From: the human T2T-CHM13v2.0 reference genome, Homo sapiens
Direction: 5' to 3' (one strand)
DNA: 64,000 bases
Assembly: GCF_009914755.1 (NCBI RefSeq)
Contig: NC_060944.1
Of this stretch, positions 46,362 to 64,000 are shown one piece after another (the first letter of the stretch is position 1; every line of letters starts with the position of its first letter). A program made the position numbers and the translations under genes. A model generated the notes under the pieces. The model was given only the letters and a program-made list of their open reading frames with translations, was not told where the DNA came from and ran no database searches.

Positions 46362-47749
46362 TTAAATTTATTTTATGTTCTTTATTGGATTGTTCTAGTA
46401 ACTGAACTTTATAGGGTCTAATGCTGTTGTTAGTTTGCTGATTTTTGTTCATGGTACATTGCTTCAATTTTGTCAAAAATTTGAGTTCCTCTTCAGTGAG
46501 ACTTTATCAATGGACATATGTCTCTAGAGAGAGTTTGTGATTACTTCTTCTAGATATCTTTGGGGGTATTCTGACCTGGGGCTACTTTCTATGTTAATTT
46601 TATTTTCTTATGGGTACCTAGAACCCAAGTGAGGGTGGTATGTATTAGAACTCAAATGGGTGTGGGACTCGTTATGAAGTCATTGGGAGGGATTTTCCCC
46701 TGCCTTGGTCCATGCTGAAACTGCTTTCTTGTTGCTTTTCTGTGCCTAAGAGCTGGGTTTGGTTTTTAAAAGCTCTTTAAGGGTTCCACCCTTCTTGAAG
46801 GGCTCTCGGTTCCAATTCCCTGCCTTACATGGACCTAGGCCTCAGTGTCTTCCTTTTGAGCATTTAGATCCAGATTATTTTATAGAAGATGATATGCTCT
46901 TGGATCATGGGGATTGACAGCCTCTCACAGGACACTATGGAGTTGGCTAACATGTTCCCTGCTCTGATTTTCAGGTCTCTATTTTTGGCCTTTACTGATT
47001 TCTCTTACTTTTTTTCAGGTTCAGCTGGCAGTTAAAATGATGTTATATTGCAGATTGCATTTACTTCTTGATTTTAACGTAGTGAAATGTATTGATTTTT
47101 TTCCCTTTTTGTGTCTTGTTGAAATCTTTCCCTATTCCAAGATCGTGGAGATATTCTTCTGTATTGTCTTCTGGACATTTCATTGTTTTGTCTTTCACAC
47201 TTAAATCTACAGTCCACCTAGAGAAAGAGTGTGTGTGTGTGGTGCGAGGTTAGAGACACATTTATTTGCTTTATGCATATTCAGATTCACATTTATTAGA
47301 GCCACATTTATTTGCTTTATGCATATCCAATCCCATTTTTTGAGAAGACCTTTCTTTTCCCAGTGCTCTGTAGTGCTGCGTCTGTTATCAATCAGGTGTT
47401 TATGTATATATGATCTGTTTCTGGACTTTCTGTTCTATTCCTTTGGTCCGTTTGTCTATCCTTATGCCAGTAATACTGCACTATCTTAATTAGTATGGAT
47501 TTATGTTAAGTCACCTTACCTTATTCTTGTTCTTTTTCAGGTTTATTTTGGCTCTTCTTGGTCCATGGCATTTCCATATAGATTTTAGAATCACCTTGTT
47601 CATTTTTGACAAGAAGAATATCTTGAGAATATGATTAGGTTGGTAATGAACCTATAACTCAGTTTGGAGTGAATTGACAGCTTTTATAATGTTGAGTCTT
47701 CCGAACCACAAACATGGTATATACCTTTATTTATTTAAATCTTTTCTAA

Positions 47750-48143
<394 letters not shown>

Positions 48144-48160
48144 TAAATTGTATCTTTAAA

Positions 48161-49891
48161 TTTTTTTTTGAACAAGGTCTGGTTTTATTTTCTGGCAGAA
48201 TCTTTTAAAATATAAAACAGATAAAACACATCTCAGCCCTGCAATCTGCCAGCATGCCTTGTTTCTACAGGATGCATGCTAGACCATGAGACTACGTAGC
48301 AAAGGGTCTTTAAGAGAATTTGGTTGGGAGAAATAGAAAAAACAGATCTCAGGGAAGCCTGGGCTAGCCCAAAAGCTGAGCTACATCCCTGAGCACTAGA
48401 GCAGTCCTTGTCTTTTCAGATCCTCATATGTCTTCTTATTCACAACATTCCCACTTGAGTCTTCATATTCTTCCTCCAGTGTCAGGCTGCCATCATTCTG
48501 AAGCCTTCTGCAATTTGAATTTGGCCCACAAGGAGACAGCATCTTCAATCTGCGTCACATTAGCAAAGTGAGCAGTGTTTGGGATGCCCAAACACCTCAT
48601 GCCATGAGCATGATGCTATTCAGCAAAGTGTCACTGGAAGGCTTTGCGCCCTTGGTAGGTGTAGTTTCCACAAATCTCACAGTTATAGTTGATATTTAGG
48701 CCATGAAGCTTATATAGCCAGTAGGGAATGCGTTTGCCATCCCAGCCAAGTGGCAGGTTTTTGGGGTTGTAAATGATCTCGTTCTTTTCATCTTCACTCT
48801 CACTCTTACTGATCTGCTCTTCTTGCTCTTCTCCTGTCCTTGCTTGCTTGCACTGTGCATTTTCATGAGTGAGATGTTGCTGTTCCCTGAGAGTCAGAGT
48901 ATTCATAGATCTGGGCTTCTAGAAAAGCAATGTCTTTGTTCTCTCAATGTCTCGCTTGGTGCCCTTTGATTTGGGATTTTTGGCAAACAAAGAGTTATCA
49001 AGTGACTCCAGGGACTTTCCTTTGGTACTGAATAGTCTCTGGGCTTGCTCTTCTACGGTCCGCCACATTTCAAGCCTAAAGCTAAGAGAGCAGATTTCAA
49101 TCTGTCCAAACCCAGAGAGGCCAACTCCTCCCAGGAGGAGAAGGCGGAGAGGTCAAGATGGGCTCCAGCATGGGTCAGAGCGCTGCTTGTCTCTTTCGCC
49201 CATCCAGGAAGGTCACATTCTCCCATTTCTTCTCAAACTCAGCCTGAATCTTCCCAAAAAGTTCATTCTGATCTTGGAGAGGCTTTACTCTATCTGTGTA
49301 ATCCTGAAGTTACTCAAGCAGCATCTCTAGGTATCTCTTATACTCTGCATTCTTCCTTTCTTTAGGAATGTCAAATAATTGGTCAGAGATGGACAGGTAT
49401 GTGATATAATCCAGCTTCTCAGATGCCTTCACGTTAATGTACTTGAGGTAACAGTCACGGAGATCGAGGTAACGACCATATCCCTCTTCATCTGTGAACT
49501 CCACCAAGTTTTGTGCCTCTTCACTTGGATTCTCTGAGCCTTCAGGAGCTCCTCAAATTTCACTGACATTGGCACACAGATCTCATTTGGGTGCTTCTGG
49601 TGGAATTCCTTTATTTACTCGAGTCTATTATAGAATTCAGCAAACTCACTGGGTCCTGAAATGGCATTGAGTTCCTCCTTTCATAATCCATCTTTATCAT
49701 CATACAGATCCCTCAGGTTCCCACTGACCTCCATATACCTATCTTGCATGGCCTGAGTGCGGTGATCAGAATTGAGCGTGGACTTCTTAGTGAGCATCTC
49801 TTTGGCCATGACGTCCATGAGCCTTTCCTTCTCCTCATGATAGCGCCGCTGCTGCTCCAGTATTGTCTCCATCTTCCTTTAGCCGCAGCCT
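48161..49891 (-). pseudogene. SF3A3P1: Processed pseudogene of splicing factor SF3A3 (SF3a60); CDS remnant 49872->48396
   Basis: METILEQQRRYHEEKERLMDVMAKEMLTKKSTL..., EFTDEEGYGRYLDL..., [44 protein letters not shown]-terminus KKTYEDLKRQGLL-TAG; intronless; premature TGA at 49681 and 48631, frameshifts; AATAAA 48189-48184 and poly-A 48161-48169. Confidence 0.95.
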
Positions 49892-50009
49892 CTCTTAAAA
49901 ATTTTATGATTAGTTGTTTGCTGCTGGTTAAAGGAAATGCAGTGGACTTTTTGCACCTTTCCTAAAGTATTTTATTGATTCTAATAATTATCTGCAGATT
50001 ATTAGCTCT

Positions 50010-50650
50010 CTGGGGGAAAAAAATCAAAAAAAACCCTTCTTTGATCCCCCGTGTCTTCTCCAAATGTGGCCTCATTTCTGTGTTTCATTTTACAACAAAA
50101 CTCCTGCAAATGAAATTGTTCTCTTGTTAACATCTCCTACTTCCTCACTTCCAATTTTCTCATTAACTTATGGCTGCTAGAGATCATAGGGGCAGCAGTG
50201 TCCACAGCTTGTCAAATCCAGTGGTTAATTCTCTGGCCTTGTCTTACTAAACTTCATAACGTTTCACTGCTTCCTTTTTGAAAACTTGCTTCTGGATTTC
50301 TGGGACTCCATGCTCTCTCTCTTTTTTGCCATGCTTGACTGACTGCTCATTTGCAGACTTTGTCTTCTTCTGGCTTCTAAAAGTTAGAGTTCTTCTGGGT
50401 ACTTGCTGTGCATCTGCACTCAATCGTCTTCTGTATCTGTACCTGAAACTCAGATGTTCTTCTCAGTCTGGGGACTTTGAATACTGTAACATTGAACTTT
50501 TGATTTTTATTCCAAGCCTGTTTGACCCTCAGTTTTCTTAGCATTTGTATGAGACCACTCAGGCTAGAAACCTGGGTGTTTTCTTTATTCCCATTTACTC
50601 ACTTGCAAACTATTATTAAATCTTGTCTGTTCAACCCCCAAAACTTATCT
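50010..50650 (+). mobile_element. L2 fragment
   Basis: ttgtcaaatccagtggttaattctctggccttgtcttact...tgactgactgctcattt. Confidence 0.6.
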
Positions 50651-51033
50651 AAGTATCTGCTGGTATTCTTTTTTCTTCATTTGTGGGTAGAAGCAAGATT
50701 GTGTAGGTCTTTGTAGTCTTAAATAACCATAAAAAATTTCTGGAAAGTGTAAGGTTGTATGCAAATAAAAGGTATCAGATGGCTAAGAGGAGTGGAGTTA
50801 AATATCAGGATCCTTAAACTTCTTTTCTTTATCTTGCCCATTGCCTTTTCTTTTCTTTCATTGCTATATATTTACGTGGACTCTTTCAAAGAGATTATAG
50901 TTACAGAGACCTGATAGCCAACAGGTTGAATGTAAGCCTTATTTGTGCTTATTTTTGCCTAATATTCAGGGCCCTGTGAGAGATTCTGGTTGTTGAATAT
51001 ACAAGAAGGGTTGAGAGCATATTCTAGATAGGG

Positions 51034-51036
<3 letters not shown>

Positions 51037-51079
<43 letters not shown>
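51037..51079. repeat. (TG)n microsatellite
   Basis: ~21 pure TG units. Confidence 0.97.
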
Positions 51080-51081
<2 letters not shown>

Positions 51082-51687
51082 CCGTTCTCTGGGCAGGGAG
51101 GGGAATATGGTAGGAGCAAAAGCACAAGAGAGGTAGGAGTGGGCACTGAGTGTCTGGGGGACCATGAGAATTGGCTTCGCAGGTGAGAGGAGAAGGATTG
51201 ACATTCTTAATAGTTAGAATGTCAGGAACAGGAGGAGTTCAGACTTCATTCCACAGTCTGTGCAGAGTTATTCTAAATATTGACAAGGGTAGTGACATGG
51301 TGACATTGGTGCTTTAGGAATGTTGTTCTGCTGTAGGGTGCTTAGTAGGCTTTGTGGTCTCAGAAGCTGCTGAAGGTAGCCAGAGGTGTTAGCAATAAGA
51401 CTACCATGAATTGTTTTTGAGCTTGGGGTAGAGTGGGAATGGAGATGAAGGAATACACCTAAGGAAGTCTTTGATGGCAGTTATATCATAAATTGTTCAT
51501 ACATGTGATGAATGGGATATCAAGTACAGGAAGAAACTAACAAAACTCATACCAACGTTTTGCGCATGGGAGAAGCTATTTTATCATTTCGGGTGGACTG
51601 TAGTTGAATGGGAAGAGATAATTCTGCCATAAGATCAGGGTTGAATTTTGTTGGTTCTGGAACTCAGTTTTTGCTGCTGTACTGTCC

Positions 51688-51993
51688 AGAGAGAGAGAGA
51701 AATAGAAAGGGAGAGAGAGAGAGAGAGAGGCGCGCGCGCGCGTGCGCACGCACACACACACACACACACACATAACTAATATATATAAATACATATATAT
51801 GTGGGTATATATTATTTATTTATGTATATATAATATAATATACTATATAGATAATATATAATTATCTATAATTATGTAAAATATAATTGTATATTATCTA
51901 TAATTATATAAAATATATAATTATATATGTATTATAGATTATATATTATATATAATTTAATATATATAATATATATACATATGTAGGTACGTT

Positions 51994-52022
<29 letters not shown>
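51688..52022. repeat. Compound simple repeat: (GA)n-(GC)n-(CA)n, AT-rich tract, (TG)n
   Basis: Read directly from sequence. Confidence 0.95.
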
Positions 52023-52024
<2 letters not shown>

Positions 52025-52036
52025 AATTAAAAAAAA

Positions 52037-52455
52037 TTTTTTTAGAGACAGGTTCTCACTCTGCCACCAGGCTGGAGTGCAGTGGCATGATCTATAGCTC
52101 ACTGCAGCCTTGACTTCCTGAACTCAGATAATCCTTCCACCTCAGCCTCCTGAGTAGCTAGGACTGCAGGTGTGTGCCATACCACACCTGGCTAAATTTT
52201 TTTTTTTTTTTTGGTAGAGATGGGGTCTCACGATGATGCCTAGGCTAGTTTTGAACTACTAGCCTCAAGCGATCCATCTGCATCGGCCTCCCATAGTGTT
52301 TGGGATTACAGGTGTGAGTCACTGTGCCCAACCTATTTTTATTTTTTTGTAGAGATAGGGTCTCACAGTGTTGCCTAGGCTGGTCTCAAGCTCCTGGCCT
52401 CAAGCGATCCTCCCAGCTCAGCCTCCCAAAGTGCTGGGATTACAGGCATGAGCCA
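52037..52455 (-). mobile_element. AluJ followed by FLAM
   Basis: Reverse Alu 52037-52333 and monomer 52336-52455. Confidence 0.85.
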
Positions 52456-52779
52456 GTCTGGCTAGCCTGAGTTTTTATTTAGAAAAACATGAACAACCTG
52501 TATATGGCTGCTGTAAACCAATGGACTTTCTTTGTTCTTGAACCAAGCTAGGCATCCACACGGCACCTATTCATCTGAGGGGATAGAGTCAGTGTTCAGA
52601 TGTCTTTGAAAGAAAGGTCCACCTGCAGTTCTTTAGCTTCTGAAATGTTTTTTTCTTTTCCCATACTGTCATGGATACACACGAGATTGTTCTGGACTTC
52701 CTTTATAGTAAACTTTGCTCTTAATAAGAGCTTGAAAATTTTTGTTGTTGCAAAACTGTGTTAGAGTTGATACTGTTAT

Positions 52780-53700
52780 TTATTAGGCAACAAATGTTAC
52801 ATGAATATCTATGATGTTTTAGGCACTGGCGAAAAAGAGGTGAATGAGATATGTTCTTGAGAAAGTCTTGGTAGTGTAGTGGGCAGAGATTATTCTCTAT
52901 AACAGTAATAATCAAACCACATGATAAGTTTACCACGGAGAAGGCATTAATTAGCTCAGCACTGAAAACTTGGGGCACAGGTTCCCAGAGCTCCAAGGGA
53001 CATTTGAAGTGAGATCTGAAAGGTTGGTTAGGAAAAAATAAGTTATTCTAGACAGAGAAGTCAGGCTGTGCTGAGCCACGAAGACTTAATGCAGGTGAGT
53101 TGAGGAAGAAATACATAGTCAATATTGCCACAATATGGTCTGCTCAGTCTGGGGAGCAGTGGCTAGTGATGGAGCAGTAGGGGTAAGTTGGGGTTGGATT
53201 GTCACAGACCTTGCATGTTGTGCTAAGGCATGCAGAGGTTTCCAGGCAAGTTTTGACATGATCAGATTGCCCTTGGTAACATTATAAAGAAGATGACAGG
53301 TGGCTCTGCAAAGAACTGTCCAGACGGGGGAGCTGGACTGAGCCACAGTTAAGAGACTGTTGCAGTAGACTAGACTAGGAGGAGGAGAATTTGAATTAGA
53401 GCATTGGCCTTAGCAAGGGGATCAAAGAGGGAAAAAGATGAGATTGGTTTGTAGGCTGAATGAATGGAGGTGAAGGTAAAGAAAGAGTCAATAATTTTTG
53501 GAAGATAGGGTAGATGACAAAGTTGTTTAAAGAAAGCATAAAAGAAGGGGATTTAATGACTTAAATTTTTGATATAGGGAATATAAGTCTGAAACATGGG
53601 TCTAGCCTTGAGCTGGAAATACAGCTTGGGCAGTTAGCAACATAGAGATGGTAGATGAAGCCACGGATGCAGATGTAATTACCTGTAGGAGTATCATGGA
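52780..53700 (-). mobile_element. L2 fragments
   Basis: gttaagagactgttgcagtagactag; gagctggaaatacagcttgggcagttagcaacatagagatggtag. Confidence 0.55.
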
Positions 53701-54920
53701 GACCTTGATCTAGCCAGGACAATTTCAGGGACAGCCCAGGATTTGAGCAAAGGACTTGTCCATTGCTTTTATTGAGTCTTTCAAGGTTGATGATTTATTA
53801 TTGTTTAAAAATATGAGGGAGCCATATTATGGTTGTTTTAATTATCCTTGTGGATGGGTATAGTAGAATGTCCTAAATATTAAAACATATAGAATTCATT
53901 TATAATGTTATATCATTTATAATGGTTGTAGCTTTATTATTATTTTTAATAATTAGGACAAATGCTTAATATTTTACATTTTAGATCATAGTATGAGTCA
54001 ATATTCATGATGAATCTTTTTCTTTGTATTTCTTTCGAATTTAAGAAATTAGATCAAAATTTTCTGATAGAGACGAAACTTTGGAATGCAGAAATATTTT
54101 TAGTATTGGTGCCAAAAATTTAAGTCACTTACTTTAACACTTAGAAATTACAAGATCATATATGGAAAGTTTGTTATTGGTTTGGTGTATTAGAATCATT
54201 TGTGGAGCTTTTAAGGACACCAATGCAGTGCTGGATTCCACTCAAGAGGGGTTTGTGTTAGGGCCACATCATCTGTATTTTTTAAAGCTTTGTGGATATT
54301 TTGATGTTAATCTGAGAACCCTGTATCAGGGGTTTGGGTAGGGGCTTTGTTAGCATATTTTGTGTCTTGCTTATTTAGTTAACCTTTTTGTTTAAAGCTG
54401 TTAAAGCAAAGGCCAGAATACCAGCAGGTTAGCGATTTGGTCATCACAGTGAAACCATTTGAATTTTCATGTGAATTTAAACTATAAAACAAAATTCAAT
54501 AGCAGTTCAGTCTGGGCTTGTATCATTAGAGGGCTGGTTAAATAAAATATGACTTGTTCACAGAGCAGAGTACTATGTAGCTATAAAAGGGAAGGAGGAA
54601 TAGCTATGTACTACTGTGGGGGAGAATATATTGTTAAATGAAAAAAAAAACAAAACCCACTGTAGCAGAACAGTGGTATTGTACACTGTCATTTTTTAAA
54701 GAAAGGGGATCTATAAATCTATAAATATATATTTTTGTGCATATATATAAACACACCAATGGAATGATAAACCAAAAACTAATAAAAATGATTAAGGAGA
54801 GAGAGAGAATGGGGTGGATAAAACAGGGATGGAGGCTAGACTTCTGAATGTACTTTATTTTGTGGATTACATTTAGAACCATGCCAATGCTTTACCATAT
54901 TATAAAATAAAAATAAATTA

Positions 54921-56075
<1,155 letters not shown>

Positions 56076-56138
56076 TATGATGTTAGCTGGTTATTTTGCT
56101 CGTTAGTTGATGCAGTTTCTTCCTAGTCTCGATGGTCT

Positions 56139-56783
56139 TTACATTTTGGCATGATTTTGCAGCGGCTGGTACCGGTTGTTCCTTTCCATGTTTAGCACTT
56201 CCTTCAGGAGCTCTTTTAGGGCAGGCCTGGTGGTGACAGAATCTCTCAGCATTTGCTTGTCTGTGAAGGATTTTATTTCTCCTTCACTTATGAAGCTTAG
56301 TTTGGCTGGATATGAAATTCTGGATTGAAAATTCTTTTCTTTAAGATTGTTGAATATTGGCCCCCACTCTCTTCTGGCTTGTAGAGTTTCTGCTGAGAGA
56401 TCAGCTGTTAGTCTGATGGGCTTCCCTTTGTGGGTAACCCGACCTTTCTCTCTGGCTGCCCTTAACATTTTTTCCTTCATTTCAACTTTGGTGAATCTGA
56501 CAATTATGTGTCTTGGAGTTGCTCTTTTCGAGGAGTATCTTTGTGGCGTTCTCTGTATTTCCTGAATCTGAATGTTGGCCTGCCTTGCTAGATTGGGGAA
56601 GTTCTCCTGGATAATATCCTGCAGAGTGTTTTCCAATTTGGTTCCATTCTCCCCGTCACTTTCAGGTACACCAATCAGACGTAGACTTGGTCTTTTCACA
56701 TAGTCCCATATTTCTTGGAGGCTTTGCTCGTTTCTTTTTATTCTTTTTTCTCTAAACTTCCCTTCTCGCTTCATTTCATTCAT
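56139..56783 (-). pseudogene. L1 ORF1p C-terminal 214 aa (inverted segment, N-terminus missing)
   Basis: MNEMKREGKFREKRIKRNEQSLQEIWDYVKRP...RPALKELLKEVLNMERNNRYQPLQNHAKM. Confidence 0.9.
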
Positions 56784-56803
56784 TTCATCAACAAAATTGA
56801 TAA

Positions 56804-58903
<2,100 letters not shown>

Positions 58904-59849
58904 ACAGACACTTCTCAAAAGAAGACATTTATGCAGCCAAAAAACACATGAAAAAATGCTCACCATCCCTGGCCATCAGAGAAATGCAAATCAAAACCAC
59001 AATGAGATACCATCTCACACCAGTTAGAATGGCAATCATTCAAAAGTCAGGAAACAACAGGTGCTGGAGAGGATGTGGAGAAATAGGAACGCTTTTACAC
59101 TGTTGATGGGACTGTAAACTAGTTCAACCATTGTGGAAGTCAGTATGGTGATTCCTCAGGGATCTAGAACTAGAAATACCATTTGACCCAGCCATCCCAT
59201 TACTGGGTATATACCCAAAGGACTATATAAATCATGCTGCTATAAAGACACATGCACACGTATGTTTATAGTGGCACTATTCACAATAGCAAAGACTTGG
59301 AACCAACCCAAATGTCCAACAATGATAGACTGGATTAAGAAAATGTGGCACATATACACCATGGAATACTATGCAGCCATAAAAAATGATGAGTTCATGT
59401 CCTTTGTAGGGACATGGATGAAATTGGAAATCATCATTCTCAGTAAACTATCGCAAGAACAAAAAACCAAACACTGCATATTCTCACTCATAGGTGGGAA
59501 TTGAACAGTGAGAACTCATGTACACAGGAAGGGGAACATCACACTCTGGGGACTGTTGTGGGGTGGGGGGAGGGGGGAGGGATAGCATTGGGAGACATAC
59601 CTAATGCTAGATGACGAGTTAGTGGGTGCAGCGCACCAGCATGGCACATGTATACATATGTAACTAACTTGCACATTGTGCACATGTACCCTAAAACTTA
59701 AAGTATAATGATAATAAATTTTTAAAAAAATTTAAAAAAATAAAAATAAAAATCAAGTGCATATGGAATAAGTGAATGTATATTAAGTTATATATAACTA
59801 AACGTATATTTACATTTAGTTATATATAACTAAATGTATATTAAGTTTG

Positions 59850-60370
59850 AGGCTGAAGCACATGATCTTTCAAATGACTTTGAAACATAGTAATTTGATT
59901 ATACATTTCTAGAGGGACATATCCTCAAGGACAAAGAACTGCAAAAATATTGTAAACTGTTTTTAGTAATCGTATAACTGGTATTATTGGTATTGTTCTG
60001 GAAGCATGCATTGTTAAGTAAAACAAATGGATAATTATATTGGATTGGTGCTCTGGATTTTGGTGTGGAAAAGAGGAGATACAAAGGTAGAAACAGAGAA
60101 GTTGTTGATTAAGGATATTGGGACCATAAATTTGAGTTGGAGATGTCCGTATGAACTCATGGTATTTTTTCTTTATTGAAAATGTATTTTCTGTTTTTCT
60201 CTGCTGGAAAATCCCAGAAAGCAACCTAGGTAGCATTGAGCACTTCTAATGCCAGACTCTGTTCTGTAAATACTAATTCCCACTACAAGGAACTTAGGGT
60301 ACCTTAGAAAAATGGCTTATTTCATGTTGGGGTCAAGAATGCTATAAGATGATCCTGGGACATCTTTTTA
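59850..60370 (+). mobile_element. L1MC-type 3' region (host of the L1PA insertion; also ~54520-54950)
   Basis: ggacatatcctcaaggacaaagaactgc...aaatactaattcccactacaaggaacttagggtaccttagaaaaatggct. Confidence 0.6.
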
Positions 60371-61149
60371 TATCACAAAACAGGCTACTAGGGAGATTTT
60401 CATTTCTATCAGTGGTAGAATAGCTTTTTCTAAGCCAGTGCTCCAACTGAGAACAACTAGTAGAGAAGCTGGGAAATATTGTTTTAAAAATCTGCTTGAA
60501 GGCTTTGGAAAGTGAGCAAGGCAAAGAAAGGGACTAGAGAGACCAAAATTTTGGAGAGAAGGTAAACTCAGGGGCGAGGGCCAACTTTTGGTACAGCTTT
60601 TCCCTTGGGGGGACTGGCCGATTTGAGATGTGCGGCTAAGAGATTGAGCACAAAGTAATGGCAGAGAGACTGAGATTCTAAGCAGAGTTTTGGTGGTTAT
60701 GCAGCATCGGGGGACACAGTTGGATTTCAGGGGCTGCAAAGAAAGAAGGGGCGCTGGAAAATACCTCAGGCTTTTAGTTGGGAACCCTGAAGGATGGGCT
60801 ACACCCTGTGCTTAAGGGTGAACTCAAAATAGATCAGCTCTTACAAAGGCTGAAGCCCAGCTTTCACATTACCTCAATCCCTGATTGGATTAAAGAGTCT
60901 GCTCCTAGCTTTATTGTTTGCTAGAAGCAAATGTAAATCTGTGGAGGAAGACAGCATCAAGCATTGCCTCAAGTTATTATTATAATTACTATGTATAATA
61001 TTTTACAACATGTAATAAATATTTACATAGTTATACAACTTAGTCTGGAATTCAATTAAAAAAAGACCTGAAAATTTAAAAATTGGCTGAAAATGAAGAG
61101 AGAAAACAGATAATTGAAACAGACTCATAGGGAGGCTTTTATTACAAAT

Positions 61150-63880
<2,731 letters not shown>

Positions 63881-63885
63881 AATCC

Positions 63886-64000
63886 GTGATGATTAATTTT
63901 ACATATCAACTTGACTGGGTTAAGGAGGACCTAGATAGCAGGTAAAGTATTCTTTCTGTGTGTATCTGTGAGGGTGTTTCCAGAAGAGGTTGGCACCTGA
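63886..64000 (+). mobile_element. MLT2 (ERVL) LTR 5' end
   Basis: gtgatgattaattttacatatcaacttgactgggttaagg...tctgtgagggtgtttccagaagag. Confidence 0.8.

Overview
Primate (almost certainly human) genomic DNA containing the 5' end of the attractin gene ATRN (20p13, recognised from the exon-1 protein sequence). About 29.9 kb of Alu-dense upstream DNA is followed by a CpG-island promoter, coding exon 1 (ATG 29978, splice donor after 30387) and the first ~33.6 kb of intron 1. No further ATRN exon was recognised. Most of the window is interspersed repeat: a 5'-truncated SVA, more than 45 Alu/FLAM/FRAM copies, old L1M/L2/MIR fragments, MaLR/ERVL LTRs, MER30 and MER63 DNA transposons, and a young L1PA2-like element with a clean twin-priming 5' inversion. 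There are two processed pseudogenes on the minus strand. One is SF3A3 (intron 1). The other is a TCEAL9/WBP5 retrocopy inserted in an MLT1 LTR that still shows an antisense L1 ORF2 relic overlapping its ORF end. There is also a 10 x 77-bp L2-derived minisatellite. I see no evidence of a wholly new biological system. The most notable items are the TCEAL9 retrocopy, an out-of-frame uORF overlapping the ATRN start, the L1 inversion, the VNTR, a 48-bp mini-Alu with intact TSDs, and recurrent palindromic templated-insertion scars. Repeat subfamily names and boundaries were assigned by eye from recalled consensus sequences and are approximate.
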